NCBI GenBank assembly: GCA_043228905.1
Contig: JBHGNT010000022.1
Span: 6,386,001 to 6,450,000, forward strand
Reading direction: 5' to 3'
From: Azolla caroliniana
Taxonomy: Eukaryota > Plantae > Polypodiophyta
DNA: 64,000 nt
Made by a program: the position numbers and the translations under genes. The notes beneath the pieces are model-generated. The model saw only the letters and a list, made by a program, of their open reading frames with translations, made no database searches and was not told the DNA's origin. Positions 38,696-52,145 of this stretch are shown here, piece by piece (positions within the stretch are counted from its first letter, which is position 1; the number at the start of each line of letters is the position of its first letter).

Positions 38696-39345
38696 TTATA
38701 AAGGACGCTCTTCAGGATTAGCTATTTGTACAAGATTATCCTCGTTGACATCTTTCGTACGCTCAACAGAATCATGTGTATGTTCGAACTCTGATACCTC
38801 TTCTAAGTCCACAAGTTCCCCTGCTTCATCATCAATAGGTTACATTGGTTCTCTCGAAGTCATTTGGAACATCTCTATTTTATTTATATGTTTTTCCCTG
38901 ACTTCTTGGTCTTGATCGCGACAATCCCAGATACCTTGGATCCTCATTTTGATGAAGTTCATGTGCTCAGGGTCCTCCAAAGCAACACAATTCCTAACAT
39001 CTCCAATGCCCATATTGTAGTAGTAACTGATAGTAAAATGAAATTGTACATGTTTAAAAAAACTGAATGATGAATTATATGTTAATCCAAAATAATGTTA
39101 TAAGTCTTATATTATATACCTATGCTAGAGAACAAATCTAAAACCCAATCATCTGGGGCGGAAAATAGCTTGATTAGCCTATTAATCAATCTTTGTGCTT
39201 TTTGGTAGGGGTTCACCAAGCTCTTATCGCTAGATACATGGTGTAGCTTCTTTGTCACCATTGGGCACATGATATAGTTCACAACATTTCTTTCATTTAC
39301 ATGTGCCCGAACTTTCTTCTTCGTAATTGCATCGTAGTACCCCAC
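38696..39345 (-). pseudogene. Spliced remnant of a beta-class N4-C/N6-A DNA methyltransferase (N6_N4_Mtase-like) gene: C-terminal motifs X, I, II plus an acidic tail
   Basis: Exon ~39345-39120 NPYQKAQRLINRLIKLFSAPDDWVLDLFSSI; GT..AG intron 39119-39027; exon 39026-38696 VTTTIWALEM[frameshift]RNCVALEDPEHMNFIKMRI, matching the consensus HPTQKP..L..RLI...S..GD.VLDPF.GSGTT..AA...GR..IG.E.D......A..R. Confidence 0.8.
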
Positions 39346-40109
39346 ACAAAGATGTTTTTAGAATACTCTGAGGTATTCTATGTTTCAAAACTTCCACTTA
39401 AAAAAATTTCACATATTCAAATATTTCAAATAAATAAATAATAATAATAAAATTTAAGAAGTACTTAATGCATTTTCTCTACAAAATACATATTCTAAGT
39501 AATTTAAGAAAAGGTTTTAATACTTTTAGAATACATAACATTCGTATTGTATGTTAAATATTCTACAACTATGCTAGAGAAGGGTGTAAAATTTGTGATC
39601 GGGAAATGTTCTACACCAGGAAACATAGGGTTTGATGTTTTTTTCCTTGTAGCTTCGTTCATATTAAATGATACATGAAAATGCTCTCGTCAATTGCCCA
39701 CCTTTAATTGATGTGATCCAGAGCACTTGGTCTCTTGTTCTTCTAGACTGTATGTTTTACATGTGTAAGTGGGTGTGATATTGTGTGGTCATATTTTTGA
39801 AAGTGTAAATCCATATGTATGTAAGTTGGAATAGCAATTTTTATGTATATTTGAATGTATTTGTGCTGATAAGTGTGTTCGTGTAAGTGTGCAAGAGTAT
39901 GTATAATTGTTTCTGTAAATGTGTATGTGGACTTGTGGCTATGGGTGTTCTCACATGTAAATAAGTATATATTTGTGTTTTCTTTTTAGTATCTGGAGGG
40001 GTGTGCCTGTGCATGTGTTAGTTTGTAATTTGCATGTGAATGTGTATGTGTGTAGTTTAGATTAGCCAACCTGTGTAAAAGTGTAGGTAATTGGAACTTT
40101 AAAATAATA

Positions 40110-43100
40110 GCGAAGTTGTAGAAATAAGAGACATGTCGGTTACGGACTATACCACCAAGATAAATGAGATTTGCAACGTGCTCGGGTCCATCAATGTGAC
40201 GGTGGACAAAGACAAGATGGTCTAAATCTGCCTCAGTGGTCTAGTATAACGGTACGTGCCAATCCATACAACAATTTGCACCCGAAGAAACCACCATCCT
40301 TCTTCGACCTACAATCGATGTTGATGGTCGAAGAAAACAACGTGAGTGTGTCAAGGACCACTCAACCGGATGCTATACACGGAGGAGGATCGGCCCCGTG
40401 GGCGTGGTGGATGAGGTGGGTTGGCACGCAATAGCGGCGGCTGGCAAGAGTAGAATCGAAGGCACATAGATAGTGTCAGCATCAGTTCTAGACCCTCCAC
40501 GAGCATGGGGAGTCAAAACGGCGCCAGAAACCGGCAAGCAAAGGCCAAAATGGAATGTTGGTAGTGTGGCAAAAAAGGCCACCGGGAGAGTGAGTGTTGG
40601 AAGAAGCGCGCCGATTCACATAAATCCGGATCCGACAAGACCGAACAAGGTAGTCGACAAAGCTCGCACTACGCAGAAGGATCGGAAGGATCCGAGACCA
40701 GAAAGACCGGAAAAGGGCCAACATTTGTGAAGAAACATGAGGCAAACTCAATGAAGAAGACCAATTCCAGATTTGAGGAAGTCTGGTACGTCGACTCCGG
40801 AGCATCGAAGCACATGACGAGCCACAAAGAGTGGTTTTCGTATATGGAAAAGCCAGAACAATTGGGAATTGTTGAAATCGGAGACGACACTCCTCAACTG
40901 ATCGTGCATGTTGTAGAAATCCCCTTGAGTCAAGTCGGACAAAAGGGGAAGCTTATGAACGTGCTCCACGTCTCGACAATCACAAAGAACTTGGTATCGG
41001 TTGGATGGATCGTTGCCCAAGGGATGTAGGTGCGGTTTATGCACCTCAGGTGCTTCATTGACGAAGAGGTCTAGATCATCGCACAAGGGCGTCGGGACGG
41101 AAGCATGGTTATCCTTGACACCAATGACGTCGGCACCACTTTGTTCACAAAAGGTCAGAAGATCGAGTCGAATATCGACCTGTGGCATAAGCGGATCAGT
41201 CATGTCAACTATCAGAGGCTTCAAGTCCTGCAATCGAAATAGGTTGTTTTCGGATTGTTGAAATTCGATGGCCGGAAGGCCCAAATTTTTGAAGCTTGCG
41301 AGCTAGGGAATCAACATCGGCTTCCATTCCCCACCGAAAGAAACCGGAGTCGTAACAAGATCGACTTGATACATTCAGACGTATGGGGACCGACACAGAA
41401 CGTTAGTCTTGGAGGGAGCCGATATTTCGTCTCCTTCATCGACGACTACAACCGGCACACGTGGATCTATCTCATTGAGAAGAAAAGTGAAGTCTTCGAC
41501 TATTTCCGGAACCTACAAAATCTTATCGAATGAGAAACGGAGAGAAAGATGAAATGGCTACGGTTGGATGGAGAAAATTAGTATTTTTTCGGCCAATTCA
41601 ACAGTTATTTGTAGCATAAAGGAATTTAGAGGGAATTTAGTTGGCGATACACACCGGAACAAAACCGATGTGGCTGAGAGGAAGAACCGATCAAATGTGG
41701 AGGTGGCAAGGGCGATGCTTGAGGAGGCAGAGAAAGTTGGACCCAAAGTCGGAGAAGTGAATACTAGTCAACTATTTACATGAGCAAAAGGCTTATAAGT
41801 GTTATAACCCCTGAACAAAACAAGTTTAAGTAAGTCCAGATGTCGAGTTCAATGAGTCTACACCATGGTACTCTTTACCGACTACGACCCTCGACTCCGA
41901 CCCGATTCCAGAAGATGAGGCTAGTTGTGAAAGTGTTTGTCGAATTCATGCTATTGAACATTAGAAGAATATAAGCTATGGAGCATTCACATTTGGAGAC
42001 TAAGAACATGAACCAAGACCTTAAGAAGAAGTCAAAAGTAAAAGTACGAGACATAGAGAAAAGTAAAAAGAGAAATAGCGGGCCATAAAAAACAGTAAAA
42101 AAGGAATGGTCATAACTCTTTCGTTTATGACCCAAATATCACATTTAAATATGGGTTAGAAAGTTTGTAAAGAGAGCTATCTATAGCTTTTTAAACCTCT
42201 AAATTTGGGGCTCGGATGAGGGATATATGATGATTAGAAGGTCGTTGGGTCTTAGCTAAAAATAGGAGATAAAAAGCTTCTAAAAATATTGTGAACGAGG
42301 AAGAAGATGAAAATTATAAAAGAGGAAGTGATATTCTTAGAAGACGGGTCCTAATAGAGGAGGAGGAGTCTTGGGAAGAGGTGTCTTAGTGGAAGAGGAA
42401 GGGTCTTAGTAGTGGGTTTGAGTGATTGGAAGTAAGAAGGTCTTTGGTTTTTTAGTTCAATGTGAAGTTTATCTCCTTTGTATGGTCTTGATAATTGAAT
42501 GTTATAACATTCTTACCCCCTTCTCATCTTCTCTATCTTTTGTGTTAATTTCTTGAGTCTCCCTCTCTAATTCATAGTTACCTTGGTTGTTATAATCTAT
42601 TTTAACTCACAAGTTTCTCTAATCTGCTTGGTCAAGCCCTCATATTGTGTACAACAATCCATTGTCTTATACACCCTATCACCAGTGAACCCGAAACAAT
42701 CCGGATTGAAGAGGAAGAAGACTTCTCATTTCGGCTGAGCGGGCCGAATGAGCAACTGAGTTGGAATGACTCATCCATGCTCTCCCCAACGTAAGGAACT
42801 GAGGAGACGGTCCATGTGCAAAGAGAAGGGGAAGAAAAAGATGCCAGAATACGACATCGACATAGACGAGTCGGATCGGAGTGAATCTGACTTCGGAAAG
42901 AACGAAGACGGACCTTTGAAGAAGAAGTCGGAGACGGCCAAGAGGGCCTTGAAATCGGCTAACAAGAAGTTACGCTGATCAACCCGCCCAAAGAACCTCG
43001 TAAAATAGTATGGGTATAATGAGTACACGGCGCATCACTATGCGTACATGATGAAAGTGACAGAAGTGCGTGAGCCGGAGAGCTACGCAAAAGCGGCAAA

Positions 43101-43645
43101 GGATGCACATTGGCGTGCCGCTATGGAGGAAGAGATGCAGGCATTCGATGCCAACGATACATGGGACCTGGTTAACCATCCCCGACATAGCAAACCGATC
43201 GGTTGCAAGTGGGTGTACAAGATAAAGTATAATGTTGATGGTTCGGTCAACCGGTACAAGGCCTGATTAGTGGCCAAAGGGTATGCGCATACCCATGGAA
43301 TCAATTATGATGAGACCTTTGCTCTGGTAGCAAAGATGATGACGATTCATGTGGTGCTAGAGGTTGTTGCAAGGGGGTGGCATCTTCATCAAATGGACAT
43401 GAAGAATGCATTTCTTCAAGGTGACCTTGAAGAACAGGTCTACATGATCCAGCCCCCCGGTTTTCAGTCGGAGATGAACAAGTCAGCAGTCTGCCACCTC
43501 AAAAAGTCTCTTTACGGCTTGTAGCAAGCTCCCAGTGCTTGGAATTCTAAAATCACACACCGATTGCGTAAGATGGGGTTTGTGCCTCCAAGTTCGACTC
43601 TTCATTGTTCATCCGGAAAAGTCTGGATGATCCAATATGTATCTA
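40110..43645 (+). mobile_element. Ty1/copia family B degenerate internal fragment (gag to RT) with deletions and a solo LTR insertion
   Basis: EVWYVDSGASKHMTSHKEWF, DLIHSDVWGP, EPESYAKAAKDAHWRAAM, HQMDMKNAFLQG; homologous to 45000-48150. Confidence 0.88.
41926..42681 (+). repeat. Solo LTR (756 bp) inserted in the copia B linker
   Basis: TG...CA ends; flanks CTAGT (41921-41925) and CCAGT (42682-42686) form a TSD with one transition; host sequence continues across it. Confidence 0.65.
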
Positions 43646-46600
43646 TAGAAAATAGTTTGAAAAAAGTTCTCTTTCGAAATCGGTAGAGATGTCGTAGAAA
43701 GACCGACCCATCGGACCGAATCAGAGATTCGACAAACAATCGAAATCAACCGAGCTGACACCAACTCTACCGACCCCGAATCGGCAAGAGCTTTGCTAGT
43801 CGAAAATGGGTCGACTACTCAATTGACAAGAACTGACAAAGACAATATGTCCAAGGCAAAAGTTGCCATGTCAATCGATCCCAAAGAAGGGGAGGATGAT
43901 GTGACCTCGTTGAAGTCCTCCTATAGCATCGAGTCATCCAACAAGACTCCTGACATTAGTGGTTCAACAACTACTGATCGACCGACAGAGACGATCAAAG
44001 GATCCGAACTGATCAATATGGCACCCAGGAGATCCATACGAGTTTGAAGGCCGGCATACTTCTATCAATCGGGCGTGGACTACGTCAACTACACAGATGT
44101 AGGCGAACCAAGCACGTATGAAGAAGCCATGGCCGCACTGGATGCTGATTCATGGCTACAATAAATGAAATCCGAGATGAACTCGATTCATCAGAATCAG
44201 ACATGGAGGCTGGTCAAACTACCAGCTAGAAAGAAGTCGTTACCCTGCAAATGGGTCTTCAAGTACAAATATGTATCTAATTCAGAAAAGCCCAAATACA
44301 ATGCTCAGCTTGTCACGAAAGGATTCTGTTGAGAGACAAGCTCAACATCGGCCGGATCGGCTGAAGAAGCCGAGGACCGGATCGGTTCGGACCGATCGGT
44401 TAGGCCGAATGCGTAAACTGGTACGCAGACCGGTGCGTAGGTAGGGCCGGATCGGTGCGTAAACCGGGAGGCCGTTAGGAAAGATATTCTGTGAGGAATA
44501 TATTTGGGAGTTAGTGTAGGAGCTCTTAATGAGCATTGAAGTACTGTCAGTACTTCGGTCAGTCCTTCTAGGACTTGTATAAAAGTGTTCATTGAACACA
44601 CATATGTATAGAGTAGTGAATAGAGATTGAGTACCTTTTTGAATATAGTTCTTATGTTTTCTCTCTCTCACTCTCTCTGTCTCTGTCTCTCCCGCGTATA
44701 TTGCGTAAACTCAAGCTCTCCATTAAACCTGAGTTTTCTTCCTTCTGTTCGGTCTTCATACTTGCTTCCGCACATTACTTTTTACATGGTATCAGAGCGA
44801 GAGGGTTGAGAACCTCTCTGCAGCCGACACAACTTGACGAAGAAGAACAAGAAGAACGATGGATAGAGGCATGGCGAGCTCGCTTCCAACAGAGAAGCTC
44901 AACAGAACCAACTACACGTCTTGGTCCTACAAGATGCACTAGTACCTGCTCGGGCACGGCTACTGGAGTTATGTCGAAGGAGCTAATGACGCGGCACCCG
45001 AATCGACACACAGAGACTTCCCATCGTGGGAGCAATCGGCGAGCAGGGTATTATACTGCTTCGCGTCGTGTGTGGGCGAACAGTTATTGAGCTATGTTCG
45101 GAATGCAAAGACGCCGAAGGGTGCGTGAGAAAATCTGAAGAAGATTTTCGCCGCGAGCACCACAGCCAAGAAGCTTCAGCTCCGACAGTAGTTGAGCAAC
45201 CTATGACAACGCGACTTGTCGGTGGCGGACTATACCTCGAAGATCAAGGATATCTACAACTCCCTCGCCTCCATAGAGGTGAACATTGAGGAGAGCGAGA
45301 TGGTCCAGATCTGTCTCGAGGGTTTGGCGTCGAAGTTCGGAGTGTTCCGAACGGCTGTGTGTACCCGGGAGAATACGCCGTCCTTTTTCGACTTACATTC
45401 AATGCTCCTGGTAGAGGAGAACCACGTGGGTGCGTCTATAAGCACGCACACCGTCAGCAGAATGCTGTACAAGGAGGGAGATAGGCCCCGTGGACGTGGA
45501 GGACGAGGCGAGTCGGCGTGCAATGAAGGCGGCCAACGAGATCAAGGGAGAAGGCACCTAAGTGATGCCGACAGCAACTCCGGACCCTCCGGAAAAAGGG
45601 GGAGTCGAAGCGATGAGAACCGTCAAGGGAAGGCCATCGTGGAGTGTTGGTACTGTGGCAAGAAAGGCCACAGGGAAAGTGAATGCTAGAAGAAGCGCGC
45701 CGATTCGGAGAGAACCGGTTCCATAAATGGCTCCGAACATACCAACAAGGGAAATCGGCAGCGATCGCACTACGGCGAAGACTCTGGGAGAGCCGAAGAA
45801 GGGTCTACCTTCGTGACGAGACACGAAGAAAACTCAATGAAACAGACCACCCCGAGATCGGACGAGGTGTGGTACGTAGACTCCGGCGCGTCAAACCACA
45901 TGACGAGCCATAAGGAGTGGTTCTCGTACCTTGAAAAACCGATACAACCTGGAGTAGTCGCAACTGGAGACGACACTCCGCATCCGATCGCGAATGTCGG
46001 AGAAGTTCCCCTTAGCCACGTCGGGCAGAAAGGGAAACTCATGAACGTGATGCACGTTCCGACAATCACGAAGAACTTGGTCTCGGTCGGACAGATCGTC
46101 GACCAAGGGATGGAGGTTCGGTTTACACACCTCGGGTGCTTCATTGAGGACGAAGGTTGTGTGATTGCGCAAGGGCGCAGAGACGGGAGGATGTTCATCC
46201 TCGACTCCACTGACGGCGGCACCACAATGTTCGCGAAGGGAAGAAAAACCGAGTCAGACATCGACTTGTGGCACAAGCGGATAGGCCACGTCAACTACCA
46301 GCGGCTTCAAGATCTGCAATCGAAACAGGTAGTGTTCGGATTGCCCAAATTTAGTGGCCGAAAGGCACAAATTTGTGAAGCCTGCCAGCTCGGGAAGCAA
46401 CACCGACTTCCTTTCCCCAATGAGCGAAACCGGAGCCGGAACAAGCTCGACCTTATACACTCCGATGTATGGGGACCGGCACAAAACGTTAGTCTTGGCG
46501 GGAGCCGATATTTCGTCTCCTTCATCGACGACCACACGCGGCACACATGGATCTACCTCATTGAGAGGAAGAGCGAAGTCTTCGATTGTTTCCGGGACCT

Positions 46601-49600
46601 CCAAGGGTTCGTGGAAACGGAAACGGGACGAAAGATCAAGTGCCTGCGGTCGGATGGTGGGAAAGAGTACTTTTCCAGTCAATTCAACGGATCGTGCGAA
46701 TTTTGTTGTAGATACACGCCGGAGCAGAACGGCGTGGCCGAGAGGAAGAATCGGTCAGTTGTGGAAGCGGCACGGGCAATGCTGGAGGAGAAGAGCTTGC
46801 CCAAGTTCTACTGGGCCGAGGCGGTAAGGACCGCGGTATACATCCAGAACCGGATCGGAGACAAGGTGTCGGCGCACGAGCTATATTTCGGAACGAAGCC
46901 GAACTTGCGACACTTGCGGGTGTTCGGTAGCATCGCGTACGTGCATGTACCGAAGGAGAAAAGGAGGAAGCTGGACGCAAAGGCCGAGAAATGCATCTTG
47001 GTTGGTTACTTGGACGAGTAGAAGGGTTATAAGTGCTATAACCCTCGCACCAAACAAGCGCGTGTTAGCTGCGACATTGTGTTTGACGAGTCCACGTCCT
47101 GGTACCAGCCCCCGACTCCGAACACCGACTCCAATCCGAGTTCTGACGATTAGGTCAGCGAGGGCGAGATGCCTCCGGATGAGCCCGAAATCCAGACCCG
47201 CGAAGAGAGTCCGATTTCACTCCGTTTAAGTGGACCGATTGGACGACTGAGTCGGTACGACCAGTCCGATGAAGAGCCGGCGAGTAGTGGAGACTCGGTC
47301 GTGCATTCCCCGCGCAGGAAGCCGAGGAGACGGCTTACGCGCAAAGAGAAAGGGAAGAAGAAGGTGTCGGATTCTGGCACGGATAGGAACGAGTCAGACC
47401 GACGCGAGTCCGACTCCGAGGGAACCGGTGACGGGTCTTTAAAGGTGAAGTCCGCGTCTACCGAGAAGGCCTCGACATCGGCTAATGTGAAATTACGCCG
47501 ATCTACCCCCCCAGAAGAATCTTGTTTTGCGGTTCGGATACAACGAGTACATGGCGCATCATTATGCGTACATGACCCGTGTAGCAGAAGTGCGTGAGCC
47601 GGAGAGCTATGCAGAAGCGGCTAAAGACGCGAATTGGCGTGCTGCGATGGAGGAAGAGATGCACGCATTGGCAGAGAACGAGACCTGGGACCTGGTTGAT
47701 GCACGAAGAGGGGTAAAACCAATCGGGTGTAGGTGGGTGTACAAGGTCAAGTACAACACCGATGGCTCGGTCAACCGGTACAAGGCTCGGCTAGTGGCAA
47801 AGGGCTACGTGTAGAAACACGGCATCGACTACGATGAGACATTTGCGTCGGTCGTGAAAATGACGACCGTCCGTGTTTTGCTCGTTGTAGCCGCGGCCAA
47901 GGGGTGGCACCTACATCAGATGGATGTAAAGAATGTGTTCCTGCAAGGTGACCTTGAGGAAAAGGTGTACATGGTACAACCCCCCGGATTTCACTCCGGA
48001 ACGAACTCCTCGGCAGTATGCCGACTGAAGAAGTCCCTTTACGGACTGAAGCAAGCCCCGCGTGCTTGGAACGCGAAGATCACGCAAAAACTGCGTTGGA
48101 TGGGCTTCGTCACATCAAAATCGGACTCTTCCCTATTCATCCGGAAAGGTCGACTCGGACCGGTTAGTATTTACTATATGTTGATGACTTGGTCATCAGC
48201 GGCGCCGACCTAGGTGAAATCGACCGCGTGAAGCTCCAGCTTGCGGCATCGTTCGACATGAAGGATCTGGGGGACCTTCATTACTTCCTTGGGATCGAAG
48301 TGATCCGTACCCCCGAAGGCATATTGATCAGCCAACGTCATTACGTGCTAAGTATGCTCTTCAAATTCGGGATGGCCGACTGTAAGTCCGTCTCGACTCC
48401 TCTGGACAGAACCGTCAAGCTTCGTCCCGATACGGGAAAGGTATGCGACCCGACGAGGTTCCAACAAATTGTTGGAAGCCTCATATACTTGACCATCACT
48501 CGACCCGACCTCAGTTATCCGGTTGGAGTGATCAGTCAGTTCATGGCGCAACCTACCGAAGAGCACCTTCAGTGTGCGCAACGCATACTTCAGTATGTCA
48601 ACGACACTAAGGACCAGGGACTGCTATATCGGACCGGTGCAGCCGCGCAGTTAGTCGGCTACACCGATGCTGATTGGGCTGGCAACGCTGCCGATCGCCG
48701 ATCCACGTCCGGATACGCGTTCTCCCTCGGGAGTGCCGCGATCGCTTGGAGCAGTAAGAAGCAGCCGATAGTTGCACTGTCAAGCACCGAAGCTGAGTAC
48801 CGAGGAGCGGTTGTCGCGATATGCGAAGCCATATGGTTGAAGCGGCTACTTAGGGACCTACAAGAGGAGGTGTCAGATCCGACGTCGATCTACTGCGACA
48901 ACCTCAACAGCATCCAGCTCGCGAAAAACCCTGTTTTCCACGCACGGACCAAGCACATTGAGGTGCACTACCATTTCGTCCGTGAGCGTGTCCTTTTCGG
49001 TGAAGTCAAACTTCAGTACATTCTGACGGATTGGCAGACTGCTGACATCTTCACTAAGCCTCATGGTCTGGACAAGTTGCGGCAATTCTCCGGTGCGCTC
49101 GGATTGCGTCACCTCGACGTGCCAAACTTGAGGGGGAGAACAATCCCGAATGACCAAGCAAGGCAGCAGGAAAGGAGCGGAGACTGCGACACCGAGTCGG
49201 TTGTCGAGTTCGACTTCGGATCGGCTGAAGAAGCCGAGGGCGAACCCGCGGAAAAGTCCGGAAGCGAACAGAAGGGGAGCAGCCGAAGCAAAGAGCCGAA
49301 GCCAACCACGCATGGGGAAGATGACGCCATTGAGGGCGAGAAGACCGAAGACGAGTTGGAGACAACCAACTCGGACGAGAGCGAAAACCAATCGGAGGTA
49401 GCTGAGTCGGTTCGGATGTTTGATTCAGATACGCTGAATCAACCAAGGCCCAAGCGGAAGAAAAGGCAGCAGGAGAAGCGTCAACACCGCAACAACAGAA
49501 GAGCTGATAAGAGCCACATGAGTAGACAAGCCGACCGGAAGGGTCGAAGTGCGCGGAGTCGAATAGGTCGTGGAGCGCGAGCGAGGCATGAAGTTAGGAG

Positions 49601-52140
49601 GAACCGAAGCTGTGAGCCCGAAGATCCCGAAGAGCCTCAAATTGAGCTTGAGGGGGAATGTTGAGAGACAAGCTCAACATCGGCCGGATCGGCTGAAGAA
49701 GCCGAGGACCGGATCGGTTCGGACCGATCGGTTAGGCCGAATGCGTAAACCGGTACGCAGACCGGTGCGTAGGTAGGGCCGGATCGGTGCGTAAACCGGG
49801 AGGCCGTTAGGAAAGATATTCCGTGAGGAATATATTTGGGAGTTAGTGTAGGAGCTCTTAATGAGCATTGAAGTACTGTCAGTACTTCGGTCAGTCCTTC
49901 TAGGACTTGTATAAAAGTGTTCATTGAACACACATATGTATAGAGTAGTGAATAGAGATTGAGTACCTTTTTGAATATAGTTCTTGTGTTTTCTCTCTCT
50001 CACTCTCTCTGTCTCTGTCTCTCCCGCGTATACTGCGTAAGCTCAAGCTCTCCATTAAACCTGAGTTTTCTTCCTTCTGTTCGGTCTTCATACTTGCTTC
50101 CGCACGTTACTTTTTACAGATTCAAACAAGAACATGGGGTCGACTATGAAGAGATATTCTCCCTAGTAGTCAAGATGACCACCCTTCAGCTCCTCCTTGG
50201 GGTCGTGGCGACAAAAGACTTAGAGCTCAAGAAGATGGATGTAAAGACGACATTCCTACACGGAGATCTAGAAGAAGACATTTACATGTCTCAACCGGTA
50301 GGCTTCAGGGCAACGGGGGAGGAAAGTCAGCTCATATGTTGATTGAAGAAAAGCCTTTATGGCTTAAAACAAGAGTCGAGGATGTGGTACTAGAAGTTCC
50401 ACTCCTACATCCGACAGCTTGGCTACAACCAGTCTGACTTCGACCCATGTCTATATAATAGGTAACTGGCTCATGAGTCCCGGATCTATATGATCCTATA
50501 TGTCGACGATATGTTGATTGTTGGGAGCAATTAAACCGAAATCGGAAATATAAAGAGGAGCCTTCAGGACAAATTCGCAATGAAAGAACTTGAACAAGAC
50601 CGACACATACTAGGCATGAGGATGGAGCGAAATCGGACGACGAAGATTGTCCGACTCTCCTAGTTCAACTGCATTCGAAAGGTGTTGATGCACTTCAACA
50701 TGGAGAACGTGAAGCCAACACCAACATCGCTTCTGACATCGATTCTACTATCGGACCAGGACTCTCCTTCAATGAACAAGGAAGGAGAGCTCAACAGGAA
50801 GACACCCTACGCATCGGCCGTAGGAAGTATCATGTATGCGATGGTGTCGACCCGACCTGACCTTGCCCATACGGTTGGAGTCGTCAGCCTCTATATGTCG
50901 AACCCAGGATAGAAACATTGGGAGGTCGTCAAGAACATTTTCAGGTACCTAAAAGGGGTCGAGGATGCACAACTGACTTTCAGGTCGGCAAACCCGACCA
51001 AAGTCGAAGGTTACACCGACTTCGACTATGTCGGGAATTAGGACAATCAGAAGTCGACATCAGGCTACATCTTCACCTATGGTGGTGGTGCCATATCATG
51101 GAAGTTGAGGCTACAAGAGTGCACAACTCTATCCACCACAAAGGCAGAGTACATATCAACATCAGAAGTAGCAAAGGAAGCCATCTGGCAGCACTAACTA
51201 TCATCCGATTTTTCGATGACAAGTCGAATTGACCAACCAGCGCCAACCATTTACTATGACTCATAGAGCGCGATACGCCTCATAAATAGTCTTGTCTATC
51301 ATGCGAAGACAAAACATATTTAGGTTCGGTATCATCACAAATGGGAGCTCGTAACAAAAAAGAAGCTCCAAATCCAGAAGATCGACACCGAATGAACATC
51401 GTCAATTGCCTGACAAAGCCACTCCCAGATCAACGCTTTGGAGCACTAACGACAAAGATGGGACTATGAAAAGTGACCGAGCAAAAGAACGTTGAGCATG
51501 AAACAGAAGGTAAGTCAAAGACTTGCCCAACTGGATAACCCGACAAGGCAAAGTCAAAAGAATCGAAAGCACATGAACAAGCACGAGCTGACAATAGACG
51601 ATCGACCCAAGGCAAAGATCAATATCGGACATGAGCCGATCCAGAAAAAACGAGTCGTCTTGACGCAAGATGTTGCAAACAAGTCGATCCGATTGATTCG
51701 GATAACTAGCTGAATCAGGTTAGAGAACGACTTCACCTCTGCCTACTCAGTTATATGCTGACTAACTTGTAACTATAACGTTAGATTAAAATTGTAGTTT
51801 AGGTTTACGGGGGAGATAACCCCATACAATTGTAAGTAAAAAGAGTGGTCCTTTTACGGGGGATTTTGTTGCCATAAAAGGCCGATCCCTTCCACTTTGT
51901 ATCTTAGTGTGAATACGTCCAAATAATTAGGGCTTAGTATATAAGTACTAACCTAACACTGTAACAAAATATATCTTGTATTTGGAGTCTTGTATAGAGA
52001 GAGTGATAGAATAACGAGAACCTCCATTGAAGCTCCATCGGTGTGTCGATCTACTGCTTTCTTCTTTGTTGCATATAAGTGTCGTTTATTGTTAACTAAC
52101 TCATAGGTCCTCACACGTTCCCCCGCGCATATCTATTTAC
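43646..52140 (+). mobile_element. Ty1/copia (family C-related) 3' part: linker, RT, RH, PPT and 3' LTR (~51867-52140); interrupted by copia B
   Basis: Excising 44327-50118 restores TKGF-KQEHGVDYEEIFS; RT/RH motifs to ~51470; TTTACGGGGGA PPT-like tracts at ~51804 and ~51853. Confidence 0.82.
44327..50118 (+). mobile_element. Ty1/copia family B element, full length; youngest paired-LTR insertion in the window
   Basis: 460-bp LTRs 44327-44786 and 49659-50118 (6 transitions by eye, ~1.3%); TSD GATTC at 44322-44326 and 50119-50123; PBS-Met 44787; PPT GAGGGGGAA; ORFs 45813-47021 (PR/INT) and 48189-49664 (RT/RH). Confidence 0.97.
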
Positions 52141-52145
52141 GAACC

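Noticed and set aside
38696-39345. Bacterial contamination as the source of the methyltransferase
   Set aside because: It has a spliceosomal GT-AG intron within motif I, shows plant-type decay, is contiguous with plant retroelements, and its flank has a homolog elsewhere in the window.
39760-40080. TG-rich stretch as a functional element (also 61905-62070)
   Set aside because: Degenerate (TG)/(TATG) low-complexity sequence; the ORFs over it are compositional artefacts.
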